Shown: positions 46,996 to 58,957 of the stretch, piece by piece
Numbering within the stretch: the first letter of the stretch is position 1
How the letters are laid out: every line of letters begins with the position of its first letter
Assembly: GCF_046119375.1 (NCBI RefSeq)
Contig: NW_027362764.1
Coordinates: 717,774,001 to 717,838,000, forward strand
Origin: Phyllobates terribilis
Lineage: Eukaryota
Direction of reading: 5' to 3'
DNA: 64,000 nucleotides
Position numbers and translations under genes: made by a program
Notes under the pieces: generated by a model
The model's input: only the letters and a program-made list of their open reading frames with translations
Database searches by the model: none
Told to the model about the DNA's origin: nothing

Positions 46996-48187
46996 CCAAT
47001 GATTTTTAAAATAAATGAATATATACTCACCACTCCTTTGTTCTCGCACCAGGCGCATCCTCTTGTGGCACCAGCAGGGCTCAGCATGCGACGGGAGCCT
47101 GTTACATCACTGTCATGCGCCTCGCCACATGCGCATGACGTCATCTGCTGGCCTCTGATTGGCCGGCAGCATGTATTGTGGTGCACGGATCCGAGTGCTG
47201 CATTACATTTCAGCTATATGTAGCTTCAGCTACACTTCCAGCTAAAACTTTTGCAGACGTCGGCGGGCCCCGGCCCTCACCCGTCAGGCCCCTGACTCGC
47301 CGGTCCCGGTCGCTGCAGCGACCGCAGTCGTTATGCCCATGAGTCCAGTGCTGCCTTTGTTGACAGGTTGCAGGTGTGACATCATGACTACAGTGCTTGT
47401 GACTGCTGAGGTCTAATGCCAACTCCATAAAAGCAGCAAACCATCTCTTAGACTGGAGTAAGATTTGCGGCGTAAGGAATGCCACCGCTCATCATGAATT
47501 TGACGAACGTGGGCGCTATGCCCTGCCATGCCCCTGTCCCTCCCCAGCTCAAATTGCCTTTAAATGTGCTGTGACAAAGTCACTGGGAGCGTGTTGGAAG
47601 AGAGATATGTGTCACTGAGGCTGTTAGCCTCAGTGATGTGAAAACATGGAAATTTCTCCTGCACATTAAGTGCAGAGTGGGTTAACGGCCTAGGTTTACA
47701 AGGGAATGGTTTTTAGAGGATGATGAAGTGCAGGGCAGGACGTCATCCATAATATCTCCAATCCAGGGAGTGCTCTGGGCTTTAAATAGCCAGGCTTGAC
47801 ACTCAGGTGTGGTCAGTGTCTGGAAAAACCTGCTCCTGAGACGAGCTCGCATGTGCTGTGCTGAACCGTGAGCGACTAACCCTGAGTGGCCGAACGCTGG
47901 CCGATATACGGACTGTGCTGCAACTTTGGTATTTTGTTTTGCCTTTATGTCAAAAGGGCTGTGTTTTCTTTATGGACTCCAGGTTAGTTTATGATGTTTA
48001 ATAAACTAACCCAAAATTTAAAGAGACAGTGTTACTTGTCTACCTACGTATACAATCATGCAAGTCACTTTACCACAAGTGATGGAGGATGCGGGCAAAA
48101 CTCCCAGAGAACACGTGTGACTGTTACAAGAAGTGCTGCATGTCCTGGGTGAAGTCGGCCGTAAGCCAGCAAGTGACTCCGGACAAA

Positions 48188-49140
48188 ATGGAGGACCTGC
48201 TTAAGCATCTGTTGCAGGCACAGCTGGCGCAGCAAACGCAGCACCAGCAGCAACTACAGCAACAGCAGGTGCAGTACCGGCAGCAGCACCTGCAGAGCCA
48301 GCAGAGCATGGAGCAGCAGCATCGGGAGCAGCAGCAGGAGACAAATAAACTTCTGATGCAGAAGATCCAACAGCAGCAAAGACAGATGGAACTCCTAGCA
48401 GAGTAGATCCGAGGCAGGACAAGCACCCCACCCCCAAATCCAGGTGATGACTCACACGTCAGGAAGATGGTAAGAAGAGCATTACAAAAGATGACCCCGG
48501 GGGATGACATTGAGACGTTCCTGACTATGTTTGAAAGGGTGGCGGAGTGGGAGAGATTACCCCCGGAGCAGTGGGCAGAGGTTCTGGCACCATATTTAAT
48601 AGGGGAGCCACAGAAGGTCTACTATGACCTGGCGTTGCAAGACGCAAAAGAGTATGCAATGTTAAAAACTGAAATTTTGGCACGCTTGGGGGTAACAATG
48701 TCTGTCAGGGCACAGCGCGTCCACCGCTGGGCATATCACTGCTAGAAACCTTCACCCAGCTCCCAAATGTTTGACTTACTGCACCTGGTTCAAAAATGGT
48801 TGCAGCCTGAGTCCTCTACACCTGTGCAGATGGTAGAGCAAGTGGTTATGGACCGGTTCGTACATTCCCTGCCAAGGCCAATACAGGCTTGGGTTGCCCA
48901 GGGTGATCCCCGGGATGCTGATGAACTGGTGGCTCTGGTTGATAGGTATCAGGGGGCCGAGGGTTCCATGGGAAGGCAGCCTACTCCGTACTGGGGAACT
49001 CACCAGGGGGTGGAGTCCCAAAAAGGGGTGAGGCATCCAAGGTCCAAAGGAGTGGGGAAGGCAATGCCCAAGGTCCCTATGGGTTATATTATATTCTGGA
49101 GGTGTCATGGCCCAGGCCACGTGGCTGCCCGTTGACCCCT
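48188..49140 (+). pseudogene. Gmr1-like Gag with a poly-Gln N-terminus and a SCAN-like capsid C-terminal domain
   Basis: MEDLLKHLLQAQLAQQTQHQQQLQQQQ...; DDIETFLTMFERVA...WAEVLAPYLIGE; KWLQPE...EQVVMDRFVHSLP...WV...ELVALVDRY; in-frame stops. Confidence 0.82.
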
Positions 49141-52100
49141 GACCACAGAGCAGATGGACTGTAGCCTGGGACGCCAGTGCTCTTACTATGCCTACCCAAC
49201 CTGCAGTGTTGACTATCAGCCCAGCGAGGAGCCACTGACATGTCCTGTGACCGTAAATGGAGTACTGGTGGCAGGACTTTTGGACTCAGGGAGTTTGGTG
49301 ACTCTGATAAGGGCCACACTCCCTCACCAGTTGATCCCCGGGAAATAAATATACACAGTAACTGTGGTGTTGAGTCCCATGAGGTCGGGGTGGTTAAGGA
49401 TCTGCTCCACCCGATAATAATAGGGCGGGACTTCAGCCTGTTCTGGGACTTGTGGCAGAAAACCGGGGGTACCATGTGTCTCCAACAGGAGCAGATTATA
49501 CCATGAAGCATCACAGTCGCACTCAGAGGCAGATGAGTTCCCCCTGTGTGTCCTTGCTGATGACGAGGATGAGACAATGACCCCAGAGGCCGAGATTCTA
49601 GATTTGGGGGAGTCTGGGGGGAACTTTGGTACTGCGCGAATGCAGGATCTGACCTTGAAGTATGCTATTGATAATGTATCTGTAATCAATGGGGTTGCTC
49701 AAGAGCTGGGGCTGACACCAAGTACCCATATTTTACGCTCAATGGGGAACTTCTTTATCGGGTCACTAAGCCAAAAGGGGAGGTGATAGAGCAGTTGGTG
49801 GTACTGGGACCCTATAGACTTAGGGTATTAGACTTGGCCCATTCTCACATCTTGGGTCGGCATCTAGGGGTCAACAAAACTTAGGAGCAGGTCCTGCAGA
49901 GGTTCTACTGGCCAGGATGTCACCATGAAATTGTGAATTACTGCCAGTCCTGTCCCACCTGTCAGCTAACGACTCCCGTGTCCCATTTCCGCAGCCCCCT
50001 AGTACCGCTAGCTATCATAGACCTTGTCGGGCCCCTGGTGAAGTCTGCCTGGGGCACCAATACATCCTCGTAGTATTGGACTATGCCACTCGGTATCCGG
50101 AAGCGGTACCATTGAGAAATTCCTCTGCCAGAAGTATCGCTAGGGAGCTGGTGCATATTTTCTCCTGGACGGGTTTGCCAAAGGAGATCCTGATGAGCCA
50201 GGGAACTCCTTTTACGTCGAAGATGATGAGGGAGTTGTGTAAGGCTCCTCAAATTACACAACTCTGGACGTTTGTATACCATCCGTAGACGGACGGACTG
50301 GTAGAGCGATTCAACAAGACCTTAAAGTCAATGTTGAAGAAGGTCGTGGAGAAGGATGGATGAGATTGGGATTGCCTACTGCCGAACCTGCTGTTCTCCA
50401 TTAGGGAAGTTCCCCAGAGCTCTACGGGGTTCTCACCATTTGCGCTGCTTTACGGATGACCCTCGGGGACTTCTGGACATAGTGAAGGAGACCTGGGAAA
50501 TAGAGGTTACACCCCACCGGAACATCATTGAGCATGTGGCCCAGATGCAGGACCGGATAGAGAGGGTGATGCCCATTGTGAAAGAGAGCCTTCTACAGGC
50601 TCAAAATGCCCACGCGAGGGTCTACAATCGGGCCGCAAGGCTGAGACAATTCAACCCGGGAGACCATGTGTTGGTGTTAGTACCCATGGTCGAGAGCAAG
50701 TTTCTGGCTAAATCGCAAGGGCCGTACGAGGTGGTTGAGAAGCTGAGTGAAGTTAATTACAAAGTCCAACAGCCGGGTAGAAGAAAGTCGTACTAGATCT
50801 ACCACATTAACTTGCTTAAGCCGTGGTGGGACACGGAACAGGTGGAAGCTACGTATCTAGGGGCCAATCCTGAAACCATTATCGAGGACGTCACAGTGGC
50901 AGAGACATTATCACCGGTCCAAAAACAACACTGCAAAGAGCTCCTGCAGAGAAACCGAGAGCTGTTCTCAGAATTGCCCGGATGTACGCACATTGTGGAG
51001 CATGAGATCCTGACGGACCGCACGTACGGGTGAACCAGAGGCCGTATCGAATTCCTGAAGCCTGCCGTGAGGTGATCTCCAAGGAGGTGAGGAGAAGGTG
51101 AAGCCTGGGTGTTATTGAGGAGTCTAAGAGCGGCTGGTCCAGCCTGATTGTTCTTGTACCCAAGCTGGACAGAGAATGGAGTTTCTGTAATGATTACAGG
51201 AAGCTAAACAACGTGTCCAAGTTTGACGCCTACCCGATGCCCCGGGTCGATGAGCTTATTGAGAGGCTGGGGCCTGCCAGGTACATCAGTACCCTGGACC
51301 TAACAAAAAGGGTACTGCAAATTTGCCTGGCCCCAGGTACCAAGGCGAAAACAGCCTTCTCTACACCTGATGGGTGTTTTCAATACACCCAGATGCCGTT
51401 CGGACTACAGGGAGCCCCAGCTTACCTTCCAGAGGGCTATGGACCGGATTCTGGGCTCACATAAGAAATACGCTACCGTTTACCTGGACGACCTCGTAAT
51501 TTTCTGCCCAGTTTAAGGAACTCACCTGCAGAAGGTCTAGGCAGTACTGGATGCATTGAGAAATGCCGAGTTTACCATAAACCCAAGAAAATGCGCCAAA
51601 GGAAAGGAAACGGCGAAATACTTGGGCTACGTGGTTGGAAGGGGCAAAATAAAACCGCAAATGAACAAGGTGGAGGCAATCCAGAATTGCCCTCAACCGG
51701 TCTCCAAGAAACAGGTATGGGCATTTCTGGGAATCGTGGGGTATTTATCCCAAGTTTTGCCACAATAGTGGCACCCCTGACCGACCTACTTAGAGGTACG
51801 AAGACGGCGATGGCTAAATGGTCTTCTGAGGCAAATATAGCATTCCAGGAGCTGAAAAGCACCCTATGTAACCTCCCGGTCTTGATAGCACCTGACTTCT
51901 GTAAAGAGTTTGTGCTCCAGACGAACGCCTCAGACGTCGGCATTCGAGCCGTCTTATCGCAGGAGGTAAATGGGGAGGAACACCCCATTCTGTACCTGAG
52001 CAGAACACTCTCGCCTGCGAAAAGAACTATGCAATTGTGGAAAATGAGTGCCTGGCCATCAAGTGGGCGGTTGACACCCTTAGGTACTACCTGTTGGGCC

Positions 52101-52792
52101 GCAAATTCAGACTGGCCTCAGACCATGCCCCCCTGAGATGGATGGGAAAAAAATGGTGACCAGGGGGTTACTGGCCCTCCAGGACTTTAGTTTTTTGGTG
52201 GAGCACAGGCCCGGGAAACTGCATGCTAATGCCAATGCCCTGTCCAGACTTCCCTGTCTAACGAGTGATGGTGCCAAAACCCCCGGCCTTGGGCAGAGGG
52301 GGGGCATATGTGACAAAGTCACTGGCAGCATGTCAGAAGGGAGATATGTGTCACTGAGGCTGTTAGCCTCAGTGATGTGAAAACCTGGAAGTTTCTCCTG
52401 CACATTAAGTGCAGAGAGGGTTAACAGCCTAGGTTTACAAGAGAATGGTTTTTAGTGGATGACGAAGTGCAGGGCGGGATGTCATCAACAATATCTCCAA
52501 TCTAGGGATTGCTCTGGGCTTTAAATAGCCAGCCTTGAAACTCAGGTGTGGTCACTGCCTGGAAAAAACCTGCTCCAGAGAGGAGCTCGTATGTGCTGTG
52601 CTGAACCGAGAGCGACTAACCCTTTGTGGCCGGACGCTGGCCGATATATGGACTGTGCTGCAACTTTGGTATTTTGTTTTACCTTTATTCCGAATGGGCT
52701 GTGTTTTCTTTATGGACTCAAGGTTAGTTTATGATGTTTAATAAACTAACGCAAAATTTAAAGACACAGTGTTACTTGTCTACCTCCGCATA

Positions 52793-53844
52793 TGACGCGC
52801 CCCCGGGGCAATGGGGTACTCGGCAGCCGGGCCTATGGATGCTGGGGGGGATATGTCACAGTGGCTGGCCCAGTCCGTTGCCCAGGGCGGTCAACCAAAA
52901 AGGGGATTGTAACTTGGATAGAGATAAAAATAAAGTAAATAGTTTGTGACTCCACCTGTGGTACCTGGTAAGGTTTACCAGCGCTGCTGTAGACCTCCGG
53001 GGGGTGATGGGAAGGCCGCTGAGGTGTTTCTGCTCCCCACAGGTGGAGCGGGCCCCCGGGGCAGTGTGGAGTTTGGTGGGTGGTGATGCTGGAACTTGTA
53101 GTGCAGGCGGCATGGCGCAGCAGGAGTAATTGACAGAGACAGGGGATTCGCTTCAATACCTTTACTGGTGCGGATATCAGGTACGGTCCAGGGTACTCAG
53201 TAGGATGGGTGCACTTCAGGACTTCTCCCCAGTGAGCGGGTATAAGGCCTCCTGGTCCGTGTCTGCCTCTCTGTATGCTCCTGGCCAGCCTGCAACTGGG
53301 CCTAGCTTATGTGTCATGATGTTCCTTCACCTGTCGCTTGGTAGTGGGACCTTCTGCTGGCAACCACTATCCCTGGTCGCCGGGGCCTTCGTGGTTCCTG
53401 GTCCTGTAATGGGTCTAGCTTCAGGTCTACCAGGGACTTGTAGTCCTCCTGGAATGCTGGTGGTCCCTACTGGGTATAAAGGACCCTGTAGGCGCGGACT
53501 CTGTGTCCGGTTTGTATCTTCGGGGTGAGCCTATGATGCTCCTCTGCCCCTTTCAATTCCTCTCTCCTCTCCTCCTTGCCGTAGGCCACACTCGGGGCCC
53601 TCAGAACTCAGCAGCAGACGTGCTGCGTCTTCGCTGCTCTCAGCGTCAGCACACTCTCAGACTCTCTGACTCTACAACTGACTGACTGCCTAGCTCCACC
53701 CTCCATATATATATCCCTAAGGGGCTCCCTCTGCTGGTATGAGGTGGAATGGTGGAGGTGTTTGCATGTAGTGAGGGCCTCTTGTGGAGAAGTCCATCCA
53801 TGCACCCTGGGTCCTGTGGTACCTGTGAACAGCAGGGTTCCACA
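52793..53844 (-). mobile_element. Solo LTR (1052 bp) related to the LTR of the cold-shock-domain element, inserted into the Gmr1 3' LTR
   Basis: Plus-strand start TGACGCGCCCCC.GGG...TGGGGTACTCGG matches 44961 onward; ends ...GGGTTCCACA; perfect 4-bp TSD CATA (52789-52792, 53845-53848). Confidence 0.88.
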
Positions 53845-55345
53845 CATACAGCCAAGCAAGTCGCTTTATCACAGTGTGTAATAGAGGAATCATGACCGTT
53901 CTTCTTATCCTAGTGAAAAGAGGCCAGCATACCCTTACATGATTGTCCAAGCTCTTTTTGACTTTCTGGTTGTGTTCGTAGAGAAGTTTTGGAAAGGTCA
54001 AAGAATGACCGACCAATGTGTGAAATAAAAAAAAGCTCGACCATCTCAATGTTCTGCTAATGTCTTATGTAAACTATTCCCTACCAATTCAACTTCTCCC
54101 ACTGTTTTTACATTTATAGTTGTGTATTTTTTCATGAACTCAGATTAACTTTTTTGTTCAGAATAGTCACTATTTTTTCAGACATAAAAATCTTTTCTAC
54201 TAAATAATTGGATCAAATTGCCCTTTTTCCCAAAAAATGTTTTATAATAATTTGACATATGTCTTGCATTTGTGGCCTAACACTTTGCAATGTTCATACT
54301 CATATGGTAGAAGCAAAGCTGAACTTTGGGATCCTGAAAAACGCAGCAAAAAAACGCTGCAAAAATGCAGCAAGAAAAACAGCAAAAAAGCCAGCAAAAC
54401 CTGCTTTTTGTCTGCAGATTTTTGCTGGCAAGAAATCAGGTTTTGGCTGCAGAAAAAAGCACCAAAAAAGCAGAGGGTGAACATAGCCTTATATTGCTTT
54501 TCCGCATTGGAAATAACAGTTTCGATTTGTGTGCGCTTTTCATTGTAGTCAGTATATCTAATTGCATGAAGTAAGTGGGAGGTATAGTGTCTCAGGACAC
54601 CTCTCCTGCGCATTGTACTCTGTCCTGTCTCCTATGTCCATTGTTAGGATGTTATAGGGCACAAATCTCAATTCCTGTGATATTCCCCTTCCCCCCCATA
54701 GGACAGAGCTGGGCTCTGAAATATTAGACATGTGAGCACGAGGCATTCTTACGTAATTGGATTATATCCGTTTGATGTATTATATATTATTCTCACCAGT
54801 AGCAGGGACTCTTTCTTATTATATGCGTATGGTGACCTTTTCTACCCCCCCCTTAAGCTATTACAAAACTTTCCGCTGCCACTTGTTATTCCTCGGCTTG
54901 TGGTGACGTGCCCTGCGATGTAATTTAAGCACATGAAATTGGAATACAATTAACACAAATACATAAGAAACATCCATGAGTGCACTGATATGGTCACAAA
55001 CGTGAATTTACAAATCACCTTTTGTTCAATCTGAAAGTTATACTCGGAGCTTTCTTAGCGTATGTTCACACAGAAAAATGGATGGAAAATTTGTAGTCCG
55101 CATAGTATTGACAGCAGGACAATTTAAGCTGCGGATTTCACCTTTTTCGGCCCATAGGTAGAATTAGTGTCAAATCTGCAGTAAAATCCCAAATAAATCC
55201 ACACGAAAGTGATATGGATTTTGGAACAGATTTTTTGGACACGTTCATAATAAAGAGCAGAGGTGGTAAGGAAAAGAAAAAATATCATAACCTAAATCTA
55301 CCTATCAGTCTTAGGGCTTGTTGTTCCACACTTTATCTAATTTAA

Positions 55346-56487
55346 CCCCTTCCTGCCTTAGCCAATTTCTGTTTTTTCGTTTTTTTCCTCCCCTTCTTCC
55401 AAAAGCCAGAACTTTTTTAAATAGATGTATGACGTCTTTTGGTGGTTTTTTTTGGGAAGAATAGTAATTATGAATTACACCATTAATTTTATAATGTGAT
55501 GCATTGGAAAGCGGGGGGGGGGGGGGGGGGGGAATTCCAACTGCGTCGAAATTGCAGAAAAAAGTGCAAATTCACAATTGTTTTTTGAGTTTTTTATTTA
55601 CTATGTTCACTGTATGGTAAAACTGACCTTCCAATATGATTCTCCATGTCAGTATGAGTACGCAGATACCAAACATGCATAGTTTTTGTTTATGTAAGTG
55701 GTGAAAAAAAATTGAAAATTTGTAAAAAATAATACATTTTTTTCCTTCTGTCGCCATTTTCCGTGGACCATAACGTTTTCAATTTTAGGTCGACTGGACT
55801 GTGTGATGGTTTATTTTTTTGAGGCCTGAGATTACGTCTTGATTGATACCATTTTGGGGTGGATACGATGTTTTGATCGGCTCTTATTGCAGTGGCCGAA
55901 AAAACGTAATTCTGGCATTTCAAATTTCTTCTCATTACTCCATTTACCCATCAGATTCATTTATTTTATATTTTAATAGATTGGATTTTTATGGACATAG
56001 CTATACCAAACATGTGTATTTTTGTTTTTTTGTAATTTCTTTTTAATGGCCGAGAAGGAGGGTGATGTGAACTTTTACAGCACTGCTATGTATAGAGAAA
56101 ATCATGATCTCCTATGAACGCCAGCCACGGACTGACTTTCACAGGAGGACCGTTATGACAGGCACGAGGGTCTTCAGCAGACTTCCGGCTCTCATGGCAG
56201 TCCATTGGTGTCTTGCAATTGCGTCACAGGCGCACCTATGGGAGCATAGAATGACGCACCCCCCTGGCAGCGCACATTAAATGTCATTGTCACAGATTGA
56301 CAACAACTTTTAACAGGTTAACAGTCAAGGGCACAGCTCCGTTTCACCCGTGGCTGATAGAGGCTGATGATGGCTGAATAACACCGCTATCATCTGCTGG
56401 GAAAGATGTGGGTTCGGCGTACGAACCTGGCATCAAATTCAGGGATCCCACATATGACCTAACTGTACGTCATATGTCAGGAAGGGG
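55346..56487. mobile_element. TTAA-flanked non-autonomous DNA transposon (piggyBac-like)
   Basis: TTAA|CCCCTTCCTG ... CAGGAAGGGG|TTAA. Related internal sequence occurs as fragments around 5620-6960 and probably elsewhere. Confidence 0.85.
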
Positions 56488-56582
56488 TTAAAGACATGCT
56501 GACATGTCTGTTTCAGTGAATAAAGTATACTCCATAAAATCACAATTCTAGAGCATATTTTCTTAGGACACTACATTGTGTC

Positions 56583-56710
56583 AGTCTATCAAATATCCAT
56601 CTATCTGTCTATCTATCATCTATTTACTCATCTATCTATTATCCATCTATCACATATCTATTATCTATCTATCCATCTATCTATCTTATACCTAATGTCT
56701 ATCTATTCAT
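56583..56710. repeat. Degenerate (TATC)n / GATA microsatellite
   Basis: Direct reading. Confidence 0.85.
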
Positions 56711-57257
56711 TTCACATCTTCCTACCATGCATGCATCCATTCTTCTCACTCGATACGTCTGGAGATAAGGACAGAATAAGAAGGGTTAAAGTACAGCCTA
56801 TTTAACCCTTGATTTCCTTTACTTGAAATACCGGCCCGCAATTATCAAAAATGGTGTCATTTGCTCTAAATCTTTAGTATACTTACTTCAACTCCACCAC
56901 TCCATGTTGATCAGATGTGGCACCTATTTGGGGCACATTACCCCCCCTAACTCTTAAGCATGGCAGTGCACTTCCCAATGTTCTATCGGAGCAGGAGACC
57001 AATGTGTCATATATTTCACATTAATGTACAATTTTTGAGTACATTTCAACTTTTGTAGGCATGTAGAAATAATTATAACGTAGATGTATTTCTTTCACGC
57101 CTTTTACAAGACAGTTATGATCTGTCTAGAATATGCGACTTCCCCTGGGTGTTAATAATCAGCGTGCTGGAGTAACAAGCACCTTATTTCTGAAGATGCG
57201 CACGCTTGTTGCTTGTGCACCAAAAAGTGAAATCCATGCCATTCTTATGTTACATCT

Positions 57258-57701
57258 AATTCCTTTAATCCAGGACCTGATGAGTGCCAGATTGCCAAAT
57301 GTTCTGCATTATCAGATAGTCCTAGAAATAGAGTTGGTGAGAATCGATTCTCATGACCTGGTCCATCAGCCATATCGGTTATCTATGGCGGTAGGACGTG
57401 AGCCGCAGGAACCACTTCCTACCTGACGGCATCTGCCGCTCTTCTTTTGATTAGCCGGCCCCACATGTGCGTAACGCCACAAAGATGACGTCGCACCAGT
57501 CAGGCTAATTAATAGAAGAGCGGCAGATGCCGTCAGAAAAGAAGTGGTTCCTGTGGCTCACGTCCTACCGCCATAGATAACTGATATGACTGATGGACCA
57601 GGTCATGCGAATCGAGTCTCACCAACTCTAGTTCTAGGACTATCTGATAATGCAGAACATTCCAGAATCTGGCACTCATCAGGTCCTGGATTAAAGGAAT
57701 T
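57258..57701. repeat. 444-bp inverted repeat (foldback element)
   Basis: ~200-bp arms AATTCCTTTAATCCAGGACCTGATGAGTGCCAG... / ...CTGGCACTCATCAGGTCCTGGATTAAAGGAATT with a short central spacer. Confidence 0.92.
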
Positions 57702-58793
57702 GGGTACAGTCAGGTAAGAGGCAATTCTCCCAGCTCCTGTCCAGCGACCACATATCGCTGACGTGGCCGATGGACCGGATTCTGAGTATCAAATCGCACC
57801 AAATGTAAAGTATTGAGTATTGATGTAAAACAAAATCCTGATGTAAAATATTGACGTAAAACAAAATCCTGATGTAAAATATGCTCTTATTACAATATTT
57901 ATTAATCACAGGAGTTTCTTCCTTTGTCTACCCAGTTCTCTTGGATTTTTAATTTTTTTGGATTCCGGATGCACAAAATATCATTGTTTATTGAAAAAAA
58001 AAAAACGGAAAAGAGAAACTGATTGCAGCTTTTGCTCTCCGCCCTGCCGGTACGTTTAAGACTTTCTTTTTCTTTCGTGGTATGGGGTTAATCCTTTAGG
58101 GTGGAAGTGAGGAGTCTCTTCTCACACCCTCCCCGCTGCGGCATAGGTTGGTGCTACAGAAATAAGGCCTATTATTCCGATTATCCGGTAGGATCCAGCG
58201 TGCATACATCTGTCTATCTGTAGTAGGAGCCATCTGGTCATCTCTGAGTCACTCAGCCCTTCTGTTCTTTTAGTCTCCGGAAGAGGATATATATATTAGT
58301 TCACCTCCTCCCCTTCCACCTAGCTGTGACACACGCATGCTCAGCTACATCCACTACCAGCAGCAGCGCTGCCTCCTCCCCCAGCCATCTCCAGCTGCTG
58401 CTCTGCTGCTGTCACCGTGCAGCTCTCTCCAGCCCCCTCAGCTCACGAGCAGGGACACCTTGCACCGTCTGTGGGGCGCAGGGGGGAGGGGGGAAAACCA
58501 CAGGGGCATTCAATAGCACAAAGCTGGAATGTCCCTCCAAGAACCGCAAGCCCCTTTCGGATCTACTACTTTGCATTGATGCTCCTTCATTTGTAGCATT
58601 TATGTTTGTGACAAATGTATTCTTTCCAATCTGCTTTATTTAGCCCAGCTGTCTCCGCGTCTCTTGATGTCCGCCCCGTCACTACGGATTGGTGATTTAA
58701 AGCCTCGCTGCAGATCGGCGTGATTTATGTCTTACCACCAACCTGCTTGAGATCCAGTATTTCCAATCGGTGTGTGTTTGCTCATCCACCAAC

Positions 58794-58957
58794 ATGTCTG
58801 CTCCTCTCGGGCCCAGGGGCGGCCCTCTGCCTCCCGCACAACCACTCTTGCCTGAGATGCCAGATCTCAGCCACCTAACCGAGGATGAGAGGAAGACCAT
58901 CCTTGCCGTCATGGACCGGCAGAAGAAAGAAGAGGAGAAGGAGCAGTCGGTACTCAA
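58794..58957 (+). CDS. RIMS2: RIMS2 (RIM2-alpha) first coding exon, 164 nt; the gene continues beyond the window
   Basis: MSAPLGPRGGPLPPAQPLLPEMPDLSHLTEDERKTILAVMDRQKKEEEKEQSVL(K), Kozak-like CAACATGT, donor AA|gtaagc. RIMS2 is the expected neighbour of DCAF13 in vertebrate synteny. Confidence 0.95.

Larger units (their letters stand above)
41162..47341. mobile_element. Composite hAT-type element carrying a 30/31-bp satellite, with nested Tc1 and LTR insertions
   Basis: Two candidate left TIRs (CAGTGGCGTAAC at 41162, CAGGGGCGTAA at 41370) and a decayed right TIR (GTTATGCCCATG, ending 47341). TSD not resolved. Confidence 0.5.
47570..53873 (+). mobile_element. Decayed full-length Gmr1-like Gypsy retrotransposon (gag-PR-IN-RT-RH)
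   Basis: LTRs 47570-48077 and 52309-53873 (the latter interrupted; ~9% different over the first 200 bp by eye); flanks GTGC/GTGT; PBS TGATGGAGGATGCGGGCA (48080-48097, tRNA-Ala-like); PPT ~52295-52304. Motifs: LLDSGS (~49270), GHLG...CQSCPTC (~49855-49965), DYATRYPEA (~50080), FDAYPMPRVDELIERLG (~51220), YLDD (~51481), VLQTNASDVG (~51915). Many stops and frameshifts. Confidence 0.93.

Noticed and set aside
41566-46999. Tyr/Cys/Gly-rich ORFs (YYYGCLWG repeats) resembling keratin-associated proteins
   Set aside because: Translations of the 30/31-bp satellite; frames shift with unit length.
48124-48510. Cys-rich minus-strand ORFs resembling metallothionein
   Set aside because: Antisense reading of the CAG-rich poly-Gln Gag segment.
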